Assembly: GCA_040754095.1 (NCBI GenBank)
Contig: JBFMFO010000003.1
Location: forward strand, 57,401-121,400
DNA from: Thermodesulfobacteriota bacterium
GTDB taxonomy: Bacteria > Desulfobacterota > QYQD01
Direction: 5' to 3'
Length of the DNA stretch: 64,000 bases
This document shows positions 26,249 to 38,419 of the stretch, piece after piece (position 1 is the first letter of the stretch; each line of letters begins with the position of its first letter). The position numbers and the translations under genes are program-made. Below the pieces are notes generated by a model. The model had not been told where the DNA came from. It searched no databases and saw only the letters and a program-made list of their open reading frames with translations.

Positions 26249-28711
26249 ATGGGTAAGAGTAAGAGTAACAATAGGTTTATATTATGGTTTGACGAGATAG
26301 GCATCAAGGATATCCCGTTGGTCGGCGGGAAAAACGCTTCACTGGGAGAGATGTATCAAAAACTGATCAGGAAAGGCGTCAACGTCCCGGGTGGTTTTGC
26401 CATAACGGCCGAGGCCTACAAACATCTGCTCCAGACGTCGGGTGTGGACAAAAAGATTCGAGATATCCTGACGGGTCTCGACACCCATAATGTTAAGGAT
26501 CTCATGCAGCGTGGGGAAAAGGTGCGTAATGTAGTGCGTACCGCTCCTTTCCCGGATGATCTCACCAGGACTATTGTTGATGCCTATGTACGGATGGAGA
26601 AGGAGTACGGGGTTAATGTGGACGTTGCGGTCCGTTCTTCTGCCACCGCCGAAGACCTTCCCGATGCCTCATTTGCCGGCCAGCAGGAGACCTATCTGAA
26701 TATCCAGGGGGAAGAACATCTTATAGATGCCTGTAAGAGATGTTTTGCCAGCCTGTTTACCAACCGGGCCATTTCCTACAGGCAGGATAAGGGGTTTGGT
26801 CATTTTGATGTCTATCTATCCATAGCCGTCCAGAAGATGATACGAAGCGATTCAGCCTGCTCCGGCGTTATGTTTTCTATTGATACGGAGTCCGGCTTCA
26901 AAGATGCGGTTTTTATTACCGGCGCCTGGGGTCTGGGTGAAAATGTGGTGCAGGGAGCAGTCAACCCTGATGAATTTTATGTCTTCAAACCGACCCTCAA
27001 GAACGGCAAGATGCCCATAGTCGTCAAGAAACTGGGGACCAAAGAGATAAAGATGGTTTATACGAACAACCCCAGGAAACCAACTGTTAATAAGCCGACA
27101 TCGCTTACTGAGAGAAATCAGTATGTGCTTTCGGATGAAGAACTGGCTACCCTGGCGCGTTGGGCCTGTGTGATTGAAGATCACTACAGTAAAGAGGCCG
27201 GTTATTTTAAGCCTATGGACATCGAGTGGGCCAAGGATGGAGACGGCAAAAAGGCAGGGACCGGTAAGCTCTATATCGTGCAGGCCAGGCCGGAGACGGT
27301 GCATTCCCAGAAGGATGTCAATTTTATAGAGACATACGTCCTGAAAGAGACGGGAAAGCTCCTTGTCACCGGGCAGGCGGTCGGCTCCAGGGTGGGTCAG
27401 GGCAAGGTAAATATTATTAAGAGTTCCAAGAACATCCTGGATTTCAAACCAGGGCAGGTTTTGGTAACGGACATGACCGATCCCGACTGGGAGCCGATCA
27501 TGAAAATCGCCGCAGCCATCGTTACCAACCGCGGCGGGCGGACGTGCCATGCGGCTATTGTGTCCCGGGAATTGGGTATCCCTTGTGTTATCGGGACAGA
27601 AAAGGCGGATAAGGTTTTAAAGGCTGGCCAGACTGTTACTGTGTCATGCTGTGAGGGAGAAACCGGCCATATATATGAAGGCATATTGAAGTATAAGGTG
27701 GAACGCACTGACCTGAAGAAATTGCCCCAGACCCGCACCAAGATAATGATGAATGTAGGCATCCCGGAAAAGGCTTTCATACAGGGCCAGATTCCGAATG
27801 ATGGAGTGGGGTTGGCGCGAGAAGAATTTATTATTAACTCTCATATCGGCATACATCCCCTGGCGCTCATCCATTACAAGGAGCTTAAGGGAAAGGCGCG
27901 GAAAGATAAGAAGATAGCAAAGGTAGTAGAACAGATCGATCAGCGTACGCCCCATTATAAAGACAAGGTACAATTCTTTGTAGATACTCTGGCCCAGGGT
28001 ATCGGGCGGATCGGCGCCGGTTTTTATCCTAACGATGTTATTGTGCGCCTTTCCGACTTCAAGACCAACGAATACGCTAACTTAATCGGCGGATTTCTTT
28101 ATGAGCCGGTTGAGAGCAACCCCATGATCGGCTGGCGCGGGGCTTCGCGCTATTATGATCCGGCCTATGAATCTGCTTTTGCGCTGGAGTGCAAAGCGCT
28201 CCTCAAGGTGAGAGAGGACATGGGCCTGACCAATGTCAAGGTCATGGTTCCCTTCTGCCGGACTGTGGAAGAAGGGAAGAAAGTAATCGAGGTTATGAAG
28301 AAATACGGCCTGGTTCAGGGCAAAAAGGGACTGGAAGTCTATGTGATGTGCGAGATACCCAGCAATGTTGTGCTGGCTGATGAGTTTTCCAAGGTATTCG
28401 ATGGGTTCTCCATCGGGTCTAATGATCTGACACAGCTCACGATGGGGCTGGATCGGGATTCAGAGCTTATCGCCCATATTTCTGATGAACGTAATGAATC
28501 TGTAAAACGTTTGATTGCCCAGGTTATTAAGGTGGCGCGGGCCAATAAGAGGAAGATAGGCATCTGTGGCCAGGGGCCGAGCGATTTTCCCGAATTCGCC
28601 GAGTTTCTTGTGGAATGCGGGATTGACTCTATGAGCCTAAACCCGGACACGGCAGTCAAGACCAGACTGCTCGTGGCAGAGAGGGAGAAGAAGCTGGGGA
28701 TAAAACCGTAA
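26249..28711 (+). CDS. ppsA: Phosphoenolpyruvate synthase (pyruvate, water dikinase)
   Basis: N-terminal ATP-grasp motifs (VGGKNASLGEM). Central phosphohistidine domain (GGRTCHAAIVSRELGIPCVIG). C-terminal PEP-utilising domain. RBS AGGAGGGGG upstream of the ATG at 26249. The ORF-track GTG at 26243 is less likely. Confidence 0.9.
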   Translation: MGKSKSNNRFILWFDEIGIKDIPLVGGKNASLGEMYQKLIRKGVNVPGGFAITAEAYKHLLQTSGVDKKIRDILTGLDTHNVKDLMQRGEKVRNVVRTAPFPDDLTRTIVDAYVRMEKEYGVNVDVAVRSSATAEDLPDASFAGQQETYLNIQGEEHLIDACKRCFASLFTNRAISYRQDKGFGHFDVYLSIAVQKMIRSDSACSGVMFSIDTESGFKDAVFITGAWGLGENVVQGAVNPDEFYVFKPTLKNGKMPIVVKKLGTKEIKMVYTNNPRKPTVNKPTSLTERNQYVLSDEELATLARWACVIEDHYSKEAGYFKPMDIEWAKDGDGKKAGTGKLYIVQARPETVHSQKDVNFIETYVLKETGKLLVTGQAVGSRVGQGKVNIIKSSKNILDFKPGQVLVTDMTDPDWEPIMKIAAAIVTNRGGRTCHAAIVSRELGIPCVIGTEKADKVLKAGQTVTVSCCEGETGHIYEGILKYKVERTDLKKLPQTRTKIMMNVGIPEKAFIQGQIPNDGVGLAREEFIINSHIGIHPLALIHYKELKGKARKDKKIAKVVEQIDQRTPHYKDKVQFFVDTLAQGIGRIGAGFYPNDVIVRLSDFKTNEYANLIGGFLYEPVESNPMIGWRGASRYYDPAYESAFALECKALLKVREDMGLTNVKVMVPFCRTVEEGKKVIEVMKKYGLVQGKKGLEVYVMCEIPSNVVLADEFSKVFDGFSIGSNDLTQLTMGLDRDSELIAHISDERNESVKRLIAQVIKVARANKRKIGICGQGPSDFPEFAEFLVECGIDSMSLNPDTAVKTRLLVAEREKKLGIKP

Positions 28712-28725
28712 TCTGCAATAGCTGA

Positions 28726-28776
28726 AAGCAAGAGAGCTGAAAGCCTTGAACCTTAAGCTCTCTTGCTTTATTTTTC
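28726..28776. terminator. Bidirectional rho-independent terminator between ppsA and ahcY
   Basis: Stem aagcaagagagct / agctctcttgctt with a 17-nt loop, followed by tattttt. Confidence 0.6.
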
Positions 28777-28782
28777 TGTCTC

Positions 28783-30048
<1,266 letters not shown>

Positions 30049-30155
30049 TTAAAATGTCAGTGGTCAGTTGTCAGTAGTCCGTTGCGAATTGGCAGAGGCG
30101 CTACCTCAATCCGAAACCTGCAACGGACCATGGACAACGGTCAACGGACAACTGT

Positions 30156-31322
30156 TTAAAGTCCGGCCTTCTCCTTCAACAATTCCACCTTATCCAGCTT
30201 TTCCCAGGTGAACTCCGGCTCCGGCCGGCCAAAGTGCCCGTAAGCCGCTGTTTTTTTGAATATGGGACGTCTTAAATCCAGATAGCTGATAACGTCGGCC
30301 GGCTTGAAGCTGAAATCCTCCGTAATGATCTTGACAATCCGGTCATTAGGGATGGCCTCTGTGCCATAGGTATTTACGTTGATGGAAAGCGGCCTGGCCA
30401 GGCCGATACTATAAGCCACCTGAACCTCGCATTCCCGCGCCAGACCGGCGGCCACCACATTCTTGGCCACATATCTGGCCATATAGGAGGGACTGCGATC
30501 CACCTTAGAGGGGTCTTTTCCGGAAAAGGCCCCGCCGCCATGGTGTCCGCGGCCTCCATAGGTATCGACGATGATTTTTCGCCCAGTGACGCCGCAATCG
30601 GCCAGCGGCCCGCCCACGACAAAACGGCCGGTCGTATTGATCAGGTATTCTGTATCGCCGGTCATGAGGTGCGCCGGGATAACCTCCCTGATGACTTCCT
30701 CAATAATGGCCTCTTTAATCTCTTTATAGGACACTTCCGGGGTATGCTGGGCGGCAATAACCACGGTTGGTATGGATACCGGCTCCCCATTGACATAACG
30801 GACCGTAACCTGGGTCTTGCCGTCCGGTCTCAAAAAGGTAAGTATTCCCTTCTTTCGCACTTCAGCCAGGCGCATGGCCAGCTTGTGGGCATACCAGATA
30901 GGCATGGGCATGAAATCCGGGGTTTCGTCAGAGGCATAGCCAAACATGAGGCCCTGATCGCCGGCTCCCATTTCATGGTAGAGGCCGGTGCCGTTTACGC
31001 CCTGTGCAATATCCGGCGACTGTTTATCGATGCTGGAAAGAACAGCACAGGTTTGCCAGTCAAAACCCATGGATGAGTCTGTATAGCCGATTTCTTTTAT
31101 GGCGCCGCGCACAATTTGCGGCATATCTACATAGCAATCCGTGGTGATCTCGCCGGCTATCAGGGCCATGCCGGTAGTCACCAATGTTTCACAGGCCACC
31201 CGGCCCATTTTATCCTTTTCCAGTATAGCGTCAAGGATAGCATCAGAGATTTGGTCGGCTACCTTGTCCGGATGTCCCTCGGTAACCGATTCTGAGGTAA
31301 AAAGGCAATTTTTCATAAACAT
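30156..31322 (-). CDS. metK: S-adenosylmethionine synthetase
   Basis: [40 protein letters not shown] and other MAT signatures. RBS GGAGG. Confidence 0.95.
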   Translation of the reverse strand: MFMKNCLFTSESVTEGHPDKVADQISDAILDAILEKDKMGRVACETLVTTGMALIAGEITTDCYVDMPQIVRGAIKEIGYTDSSMGFDWQTCAVLSSIDKQSPDIAQGVNGTGLYHEMGAGDQGLMFGYASDETPDFMPMPIWYAHKLAMRLAEVRKKGILTFLRPDGKTQVTVRYVNGEPVSIPTVVIAAQHTPEVSYKEIKEAIIEEVIREVIPAHLMTGDTEYLINTTGRFVVGGPLADCGVTGRKIIVDTYGGRGHHGGGAFSGKDPSKVDRSPSYMARYVAKNVVAAGLARECEVQVAYSIGLARPLSINVNTYGTEAIPNDRIVKIITEDFSFKPADVISYLDLRRPIFKKTAAYGHFGRPEPEFTWEKLDKVELLKEKAGL

Positions 31323-31424
31323 AGTGCGTCCTCCTCTTGCAAACTTGCGGTATATAAACAGATGACTCTATCCTTGTCAAGCTATTAAGGCTCATAATAT
31401 TGATGATCTCGCAAACGGTCCAAA

Positions 31425-31580
31425 ATATCACGCAAAGCCGCCAAGGATGTAAAAAGAATAAGATTTGGAACTCAGGAACTCATGAAAAAATACCGTTCTA
31501 TTCCTGATTTCTTGATTTCCAGATTTTTATTTCCCCTTTGCGGTCTTTGCGCCTTTGCGTGAGAAGTTGACTTGTTACAA
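31425..31580. repeat. Inverted, partly deleted copy of the 20883-21060 MITE-like element
   Basis: tcacgcaaagccgccaagg ... ttgcggtctttgcgcctttgcgtgagaa. The internal segment matches the reverse complement of copy 1. Confidence 0.65.
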
Positions 31581-31838
31581 GACCATCAATATTGATGAAC
31601 TCGTAAAAAGTAAAATTTTACTGCAGAGATCGCCGAGAACGCTGAGATAACATATTGAATAGTCATTCGACCCGGCTCATGCCCGTGAGCCAGCCGAACG
31701 GTTTACAGTTTTTCTCTGCGCACTCTGCGTGCTCAGCGGTGAAAAGGTTTTTTTACGAATTGATCAATATTAGTATTGAGAAATTATTCGGTTCTACTTA
31801 ACGCAGGGTTCGTCTTAGGAAGTGATGTCGCCGGGGGT

Positions 31839-32447
31839 TTAGCTTGGACTAACCATGCCACCCGAAAGTATAAGCTTAAAGGCGTCTTCGACAGAGATAT
31901 CCACATTAATAATATCTTCTTCCGGCACGATAAGGTAGAATCCAGAGGTGGGGTTAGGGGTTGTGGGTACAAAAACACCGACCATGTGAGGACGGGTGTT
32001 TGCAGACAGTTTATCGCCGGCCTTTCCGGTGATAAAACCAAGACTATAAATACCCCGGCGGGGGTATTCAATCAATACTACCTTCTTAAACTGGGTATCG
32101 CCCTTGACAAATATGGCCTCCGAGACCTGTCTGAGGGCGCCGTAGAGCACCCTGACCAGGGGGATTTTATCTACGATCATTTCCCAGTAGCCCAGGGCCT
32201 TTTTGCCGATATAGTTGCGGACCAGAAGCCCGGTAGTCAAGGCTAATATTACGGTGTATATGATACCCAGGCCCGGGATATGGAAGGGTAGATAGGTCTC
32301 AGGGTTGAACTTTTTCGGGAGGATGTCCCCGATTGAATCAATAAAATTTATCATCCCTGTTGCGACATATATCGTCACGAAGATGGGGATGAGAACTAGA
32401 AGCCCGGTCAAAAATAGGTTTTTTATCTTGCTTATGAATCGCTTCAC
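31839..32447 (-). CDS. DUF502-family membrane protein
   Basis: Two N-terminal TM helices and a conserved hydrophilic C-terminus, typical of COG2928/DUF502. The family is assigned from memory. Confidence 0.65.
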   Translation of the reverse strand: MKRFISKIKNLFLTGLLVLIPIFVTIYVATGMINFIDSIGDILPKKFNPETYLPFHIPGLGIIYTVILALTTGLLVRNYIGKKALGYWEMIVDKIPLVRVLYGALRQVSEAIFVKGDTQFKKVVLIEYPRRGIYSLGFITGKAGDKLSANTRPHMVGVFVPTTPNPTSGFYLIVPEEDIINVDISVEDAFKLILSGGMVSPS

Positions 32448-32452
32448 AGGGA

Positions 32453-32800
32453 TTAAACGATGTGGTTGTCTTTATCTACATGACAAAGGTGCGGTCTGTG
32501 GCCTGCCAATTCATCTTCGCTGTAAAGGGCGTAAGTGGCTACTATGAGCAGGTCGCCGACCACTCCCTTGCGGGCCGCTGCGCCATTAAGACAGATAACG
32601 CCGGAATCAGGCAGACCCTCGATAGCGTAAGTCTCAAAACGTTCGCCGTTGTTTATATTATAGACCCGGACCATTTCGAAAGGCAAGATGCCCGCGGCCC
32701 TCATAAGAGAGGCATCTATGGTCAGGCTGCCTTCGTAATTCAGATCGGCCTCCGTTACTCTTACGCGGTGCAGTTTCGATTTCAGCATAAGCCTCTGCAT
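32453..32800 (-). CDS. panD: Aspartate 1-decarboxylase
   Basis: MLKSKLHRVRVTEADLNYEGSLTID (pyruvoyl-forming G-S site). Start chosen at MQRLMLKSK, which has an RBS GGGAGAA. The longer ORF-track start would overlap panC. Confidence 0.9.
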   Translation of the reverse strand: MQRLMLKSKLHRVRVTEADLNYEGSLTIDASLMRAAGILPFEMVRVYNINNGERFETYAIEGLPDSGVICLNGAAARKGVVGDLLIVATYALYSEDELAGHRPHLCHVDKDNHIV

Positions 32801-32805
32801 TTTGT

Positions 32806-33657
32806 TTATTCTCCCGGCGATAAAAGGCAATTGTCGATAAGACGTGTTTTCCCTACCCGGGCAGCTATGGCCAGTAGGGTTTTATCGTTAACTATGTGCC
32901 GCTCCTCCAGTGTTTCAGGATGGCAAAAACTGATATAGTCTGTCCTGACATTATCATGAACAGCCATCAGTTCCTTTATGGCCTTTTTTATCCCTTCAGG
33001 CCTTTTTTCTCCTTTATGGACCAGATCCTTAGCCACGGAAATGGCCTGTTGAAGGCTGAGCGCCGCCTTTCTCTCAGCCGGGGATAGATAGGTATTGCGC
33101 GAACTCATGGCCAGGCCATCTCTTTCACGGACGATGGGCCGGCCTGTTACCTTGATGGCCATATTTAAATCGCCGGCCATGCGGCGGATGGCCAGCCATT
33201 GCTGGTAATCTTTCAGCCCGAATACGGCCTCATGAGGCTGTACGATATTAAAAAGTTTAGTTACCACCGTGGTTACCCCGCGAAAATGTGCGGGCCGGTT
33301 CCGGCCGCATAGCGATTGGGTTACCTGTTCCACTTCCACATGTGTCTGAAATCTCGGCGGGTACATGTCCTGTGCAGACGGACAGAAGAGGATATCCACA
33401 CCGGCCTTTTCAGCCATTATACGATCGCGTTTAAGGTCACGCGGATAGCGTTCAAGGTCCTCTGAAGGGCCGAACTGCAACGGATTTACAAAGACGCTCA
33501 CTACCAGGAGGTCGCATCTCTTACGGGCATAGGCCATGAGGCTTATATGTCCCGCATGAAAGAACCCCATAGTAGGCACAAGAGCGATCCGTTTGCCTTC
33601 GGCCCTCTTTTGCATGGACAGGGATTGCATCCTGGCCACGGATTTCATTATCTTCAT
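32806..33657 (-). CDS. panC: Pantoate--beta-alanine ligase
   Basis: MKIMKSVARMQ ... GKRIALVPTMGFFHAGHISL (HxGH motif) ... MSSRN. Start trimmed to the conserved MKI N-terminus. Confidence 0.9.
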   Translation of the reverse strand: MKIMKSVARMQSLSMQKRAEGKRIALVPTMGFFHAGHISLMAYARKRCDLLVVSVFVNPLQFGPSEDLERYPRDLKRDRIMAEKAGVDILFCPSAQDMYPPRFQTHVEVEQVTQSLCGRNRPAHFRGVTTVVTKLFNIVQPHEAVFGLKDYQQWLAIRRMAGDLNMAIKVTGRPIVRERDGLAMSSRNTYLSPAERKAALSLQQAISVAKDLVHKGEKRPEGIKKAIKELMAVHDNVRTDYISFCHPETLEERHIVNDKTLLAIAARVGKTRLIDNCLLSPGE

Positions 33658-33930
33658 ATAGGAGACGTCACTGGTCATTAGTCATCGGTCATTGGTTAGG
33701 TGTGGGATTGACGGCTTTTACTAGTGACAGATAACCATTGACTAATGACATTCATTGTAATTCACAATATTAAACCGCTCTCTTGGTACGGACGCAATTT
33801 AACAACTGCCCTTTCTTTTTGTCAAGTTTTGTTAGTTAGCAACTATTTGCCGCAGAGCACACAGAGTCAAGCCATTTAACACCTGAGGACAGGCGGGACG
33901 CTTGTCCTCCTGATAGATGATGGTTGAAAG

Positions 33931-34770
33931 CTAACATCTGATAGCCGCTTTTCTCAGCAGATTGCTTATCCGTACAAAATCGTTAACTTCCAGGGTTTCG
34001 GCCCTTCTCTGTCCATCGATGTGCAGGGTTTCCAGGACGTTTCTAATCAGTTCAGGAGGAAAGCTGGCTCCAGAGAGGGCATTTTGCAGGGTCTTGCGCC
34101 GTTTCTGGAAGGCGCTCTTGACTGTTTTTTTAAAGAGGGATTCATCTTCAGCGATTACCTCCGGGGGGCGGAGGTGAAGACCGAGGATCATAGAATCCAC
34201 TTCCGGTCTGGGATAGAATTGAGCGGCAGGCACTCGTAAGACCTTTTCGACGGCGGCGCAATAATTGAAGAACACGGCAAGAATGCCATATGTTTTACCG
34301 CCGGGCGGGGCGACGATCCTTTCGGCCACCTCCTTTTGGAGCATGACAAAGGCATTTTTAAACGAAGACCGACATTCCCATATCTTAAAAAGTATAGGGC
34401 TGGAAATATAGTACGGCAGGTTCCCTATTATCTTTAGTTTTTGTCCATATTCTCTTTCCAATGCCGGAAAATCAACTTTCAGTATGTCCTGGTGTACTAT
34501 TTCCAGGGTGGAAGGGAGGGCATATTCTTCTTTCACAATAGCAATCAGGCGCGGGTCAACTTCAAAGCTTATGAGTTTTTTGACCCTGGCGGCCAGGGGC
34601 AGGGTGAGAATGCCCAGACCCGTGCCCACTTCAATGACTATGTCCTCTGCCCCAAATCCCGCTTTTTCAATTATGGTCTTAGCAATATCCGGGTTTATAA
34701 GGAAATTTTGCCCCCGGCTCTTTGAGGGCCGTATGTCGTACTTTTTTAGTAATCCTTGCGGGCTGGTCAT
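33931..34770 (-). CDS. rsmA: 16S rRNA (adenine1518-N6/adenine1519-N6)-dimethyltransferase RsmA/KsgA
   Basis: KSRGQNFLINPDIAKTII ... IEVGTGLGILT ... IIGNLPYYISSPILFK. Confidence 0.9.
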   Translation of the reverse strand: MTSPQGLLKKYDIRPSKSRGQNFLINPDIAKTIIEKAGFGAEDIVIEVGTGLGILTLPLAARVKKLISFEVDPRLIAIVKEEYALPSTLEIVHQDILKVDFPALEREYGQKLKIIGNLPYYISSPILFKIWECRSSFKNAFVMLQKEVAERIVAPPGGKTYGILAVFFNYCAAVEKVLRVPAAQFYPRPEVDSMILGLHLRPPEVIAEDESLFKKTVKSAFQKRRKTLQNALSGASFPPELIRNVLETLHIDGQRRAETLEVNDFVRISNLLRKAAIRC

Positions 34771-34837
34771 TGGACGCTCAGTTTAAATTTCAAAGTGTAA
34801 AGTTTAAATGAATGTCAAAGCGTCTAAGTTCAAAACG

Positions 34838-34955
34838 TCACTTGTCACAAAAAAGTCATCGGTCAATAGTCACTTGTCAATGGTAGAAGATATTGATCTC
34901 CCTACTTAACTAATTACCAATGACTATTGACAAATGACTAATGACATTCACTATA
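34838..34955. repeat. TGACTAATGAC / GTCACTTGTCA-family inverted-repeat element
   Basis: gtcacttgtcacaaaaaagtcatcggtcaatagtcacttgtcaatgg ... ccaatgactattgacaaatgactaatgacattcac. Confidence 0.65.
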
Positions 34956-35415
34956 GCCGTCTGGCCCGGCGCTTTGTCCTGAGGTACTTAAAACTGTAAA
35001 GTGTAAGGAAATAGGTAATAACCGCCGGTATAATGCCGAGGATCACTCCACCAATGAGCATAGTGAGCACTAACTCCCGGCCGGCGTGGGCTATATCGAT
35101 AATAGAATAGGTATATGGCAGTTTCATTTCAAAAGAGGTGACCCATTTCCCGAGGTAATAGGCCAGGTAATAGTAGATGGGTATGGTGACGGGATTACTG
35201 ATTACAATGGCCCCGATAAGCCCGGCTATGCGGCTGCTGCTCAACAGAGAGGTTGTCAGGAGGATCATTATGGTGTGGAACGGTATGGTCGGGGTAAGAC
35301 CGATAAAGACACCAATGGCCATGCCGGAGGCAATCGACCGGGGATTGCCCTTGAGGTTCTTTATGCGGAGATAATAGTATTTTAATATCCTTTTTAAAGT
35401 CATATCTATAAGCAT
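34951..35415 (-). CDS. DUF2062-family membrane protein
   Basis: 154 aa with 3-4 TM helices. The family is assigned from memory. Confidence 0.55.
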   Translation of the reverse strand: MLIDMTLKRILKYYYLRIKNLKGNPRSIASGMAIGVFIGLTPTIPFHTIMILLTTSLLSSSRIAGLIGAIVISNPVTIPIYYYLAYYLGKWVTSFEMKLPYTYSIIDIAHAGRELVLTMLIGGVILGIIPAVITYFLTLYSFKYLRTKRRARRL

Positions 35416-36447
35416 TCAGCCATCAGCTTTGCCGGGCGTAGACTGCTGAGGGCTGAGACGGGAATAGGCATCGAGGTCCATGTCGGAAACCTCTCCTTTG
35501 CGGAAACGATGGTATCCGGCCACCGCAATCATAGCGGCATTATCCGTGCAAAGGGACGGATCCGGGATAAAGACCTTAATCCCGGCCTGTTTTGCGGCCG
35601 CGCCGAGGGCTTCCCTTAACCGGCGATTAGAAGCTACTCCGCCTGCCGCAACAATATTTTTGACTTTATATTGCAGGGCGGCCTTCATGGTTTTATCTGT
35701 CAGAACATCAACTACGGCCTCCTGAAAGGCGGCCGCCGTATCCTCGTAGGGTGCCGTTATCCGATTCTCCCGGCAACAGCGTATATAATTGGCTACTGCG
35801 GTCTTAAGGCCGCTGAAGCTGAAATCGAAGGAATCCTTACTGATAATGGCCCGGGGGAGATTGATTTTTTTAGGGTTCCCTTGTTCGGCCAGCCGGCTGA
35901 TTACCTCACCTCCGGGATAGCCAAGGCCCATCAGTTTCGCCACCTTATCGAAGGCCTCGCCGGCGGCGTCATCCCGCGTCTGGCCCAGGAGATGATAACC
36001 TGTATAGTCAGAGACGTAGTACAGGGCGGTATGCCCGCCTGAGGCCATAAGGGCGACATAGGGGAAAGAAGGGGAATCTTCTTCCAGATAAATAGATAAC
36101 AGGTGTCCTTCGATGTGGCTCACGCCAATGAGGGGGAGTTCCCGCGCATAAGAAAGGGCCTTGGCAAAGGAGAGGCCGATCAGTAGTGACCCTACCAGCC
36201 CCGGCCCCCGGGTGGCGGCTATGGCATCAATGCCATTTAAAGATACCCCGGACCGTTCCAGGGCCTCTTTCACGACAGGATAGATGGCTTCGATGTGTTT
36301 GCGGGAGGCCAGTTCCGGTACGACGCCGCCGTAACGGCGATGCACGTCCACCTGGGAGGCTACCACACTGGATAATATAATTTTTCCGTCCCGGACGACA
36401 GCCGCGGCTGTCTCATCACAGGAGCTTTCGATACCCAGGATGAGCAC
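35416..36447 (-). CDS. tsaD: tRNA N6-adenosine threonylcarbamoyltransferase TsaD
   Basis: MLILGIESSCDETAAAVV ... HIEGHLL ... metal-binding His pair. Kae1/YgjD family. Confidence 0.9.
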   Translation of the reverse strand: MLILGIESSCDETAAAVVRDGKIILSSVVASQVDVHRRYGGVVPELASRKHIEAIYPVVKEALERSGVSLNGIDAIAATRGPGLVGSLLIGLSFAKALSYARELPLIGVSHIEGHLLSIYLEEDSPSFPYVALMASGGHTALYYVSDYTGYHLLGQTRDDAAGEAFDKVAKLMGLGYPGGEVISRLAEQGNPKKINLPRAIISKDSFDFSFSGLKTAVANYIRCCRENRITAPYEDTAAAFQEAVVDVLTDKTMKAALQYKVKNIVAAGGVASNRRLREALGAAAKQAGIKVFIPDPSLCTDNAAMIAVAGYHRFRKGEVSDMDLDAYSRLSPQQSTPGKADG

Positions 36448-36449
36448 GT

Positions 36450-37373
36450 TCAGACCCTGTTGGCACAGCCCAGGGCCTCTATCTTGCCTGCGATGATCTG
36501 CGCCACTTTTTCCCGGGCCGGCCCCAGGATTTTTCTCAGGTCGAAAGTCTCCGGTTTTTCCGCCAGGATGCGGCGCATGGCGCTGACGAAACCAAGTCGG
36601 AGGTCCGTATCTATATTGACCTTGGCTACACCCACCTTGATAGCCTTTTGCACTTCTTCCAGGGGCACGCCTTTGGCCTCCCCAATCGGAATGCCGGAAC
36701 CAATGGCCTCTTGAAGAAGGTCAGCCGGGATAGAAGACGCGCCGTGCAGGACGAGGGGTATGCCCGTCTTTTCTTTAACCTTTTTTAGTCGTTCCAGGTC
36801 AAGGCGGGCAGCGCCTTTATACTTGAAGGCCCCGTGCGATGTCCCTACTGCCGGAGCCAGAGAGTCAACATTTGTCTCCTGAACAAAACGGCCGGCCTCT
36901 TCAGGATCGACAAGTACGGCGTCTCTTTCCGCTACAGATACGGTATCCTCTATGCCCATGAGGCGGCCCAGTTCGGCCTCTACCGAGACCCCGACCTCGT
37001 GGGCTGTTTTTACCACCTGCCTGGTCAGGGCTGCATTTTCGGTATAAGGCAGGTGAGAGGCGTCGATCATGACCGAGGTAAATCCGGCCTGAATACAGGC
37101 CCTGATCGTTTCCAGCTTGTGCCCGTGATCCAGATGCAGGGCTACGGGGATTTCTACCTTTCCGGCCAGTGTCCTGGCCATGGATACGATGGTCGATAGT
37201 CCGGCATAACTGATGGCGCCTTCTGAAGCCTGGATAATGACCGGGGCGCGCAGGTTATTGGCCGTCTGTAAAATGGCCTGTAACATTTCCATATTAACAA
37301 AATTAAAGGCCCCTATGGCGTAGCCTTCCCGGTAAGCCTTAAGCAATATGTCTTTGGCAGGTACAAGCGGCAT
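36450..37373 (-). CDS. fba: Class II fructose-bisphosphate aldolase
   Basis: GYAIGAFNFVNMEMLQAIL ... LHLDHG ... class II FBA/tagatose-bisphosphate aldolase signatures. Confidence 0.9.
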   Translation of the reverse strand: MPLVPAKDILLKAYREGYAIGAFNFVNMEMLQAILQTANNLRAPVIIQASEGAISYAGLSTIVSMARTLAGKVEIPVALHLDHGHKLETIRACIQAGFTSVMIDASHLPYTENAALTRQVVKTAHEVGVSVEAELGRLMGIEDTVSVAERDAVLVDPEEAGRFVQETNVDSLAPAVGTSHGAFKYKGAARLDLERLKKVKEKTGIPLVLHGASSIPADLLQEAIGSGIPIGEAKGVPLEEVQKAIKVGVAKVNIDTDLRLGFVSAMRRILAEKPETFDLRKILGPAREKVAQIIAGKIEALGCANRV

Positions 37374-38419
37374 CAGGATCTCCTTTCTCCTTTTATGAAC
37401 TGTTCGGCAATAAGTACATCTTCTTTGCTTCCTATGTAAAGCGGCACACGCTGATGCAATTCTTTGGGCTCGAGATCAAGTATGCTCTGGAAGCCGGTGC
37501 TGGCATAGCCACCGGCCTGCTCTACGACAAAGGACAGCGGGTTGCACTCACACATGAGGCGCAGTTTGCCGAGAGGCTTTTTGGGGTCTTTTTTATCCGG
37601 AGGGTACATAAATATACCGCCATGCAGGAGGTTGCGATGGAAATCCGCCACCAGAGAACCAATATAGCGCCCCGTGTACGGTCTTTTTGTTTCCCTATCC
37701 GGCGTTTTAAAATAGGTCACAAGTTTTTTAACTTCATCCGACCAATAGCTATAGTTGCCTTCGTTAACGCTAAAGGCCCTTCCCCGCTCCGGTATCTTGA
37801 TATTCTCATGGGATAACAAGAACTCGCCTATACTTGGAAGGAGTGTAAATCCGTGTACGCCGCTGCCTGACGTATAGACCATCATGCTGCTGGAGCCATA
37901 GACAAAGTAGCCGGCTGCGACCTGTTTGCTTCCTTTTTGGAGGATATCTTCCAGGGTTGGGTCGGCAGGCATCGGGGTTAAGCGGCGGTAAATGGAGAAG
38001 ATAGTGCCGATGCTGACGTTTACGTCGATATTGGATGAACCGTCCAAGGGGTCGAAGATCAGGACATAATTGCCTTTGGTAAATCTCTCAGGGACGGGTA
38101 TTATATCCGGGTCTTCTTCTGAAGCCATAGCGCACAATTCTCCGGTGTGGGCCATACGCTCAACGATGGTCCTATGAGCGAATTCATCCAGCTTCTGTAC
38201 CTGCTCTCCCTGGACGTTTTCTCGTCCGGCATAGCCCAGTATGTCCACCAGGCCGGCTTTATTTACCTCGCGAGAGATGATTTTGGCGGCCACAATGAGT
38301 TCGGATAACAACCGCGTGAATGCACCGGTAGCCTCGGGGTGGGCCTTTTGGGTGGTCAGCAGGTGTTCTATGACCGTTGTTCCTAATAGAGAGGGCATGA
38401 ATTTCTCCTTAATAACCAT
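37373..38419 (-). CDS. fbp: Fructose-1,6-bisphosphatase class 1
   Basis: [22 protein letters not shown] metal-binding motif. [21 protein letters not shown]. Confidence 0.9.
   Translation of the reverse strand: MVIKEKFMPSLLGTTVIEHLLTTQKAHPEATGAFTRLLSELIVAAKIISREVNKAGLVDILGYAGRENVQGEQVQKLDEFAHRTIVERMAHTGELCAMASEEDPDIIPVPERFTKGNYVLIFDPLDGSSNIDVNVSIGTIFSIYRRLTPMPADPTLEDILQKGSKQVAAGYFVYGSSSMMVYTSGSGVHGFTLLPSIGEFLLSHENIKIPERGRAFSVNEGNYSYWSDEVKKLVTYFKTPDRETKRPYTGRYIGSLVADFHRNLLHGGIFMYPPDKKDPKKPLGKLRLMCECNPLSFVVEQAGGYASTGFQSILDLEPKELHQRVPLYIGSKEDVLIAEQFIKGERRS

Noticed and set aside
26243-26249. GTG start at 26243 for ppsA, as in the ORF track
   Set aside because: The ATG at 26249 has a perfectly spaced AGGAGGGGG RBS and matches the conserved PpsA N-terminus better.
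31560-31840. Possible tRNA or small RNA gene in the 0.5-kb metK / DUF502 gap
   Set aside because: No cloverleaf-compatible sequence found by eye (no GTTCRANTC T-loop and no acceptor-stem pairing). The gap is largely the inverted MITE copy plus AT-rich promoter-like DNA.
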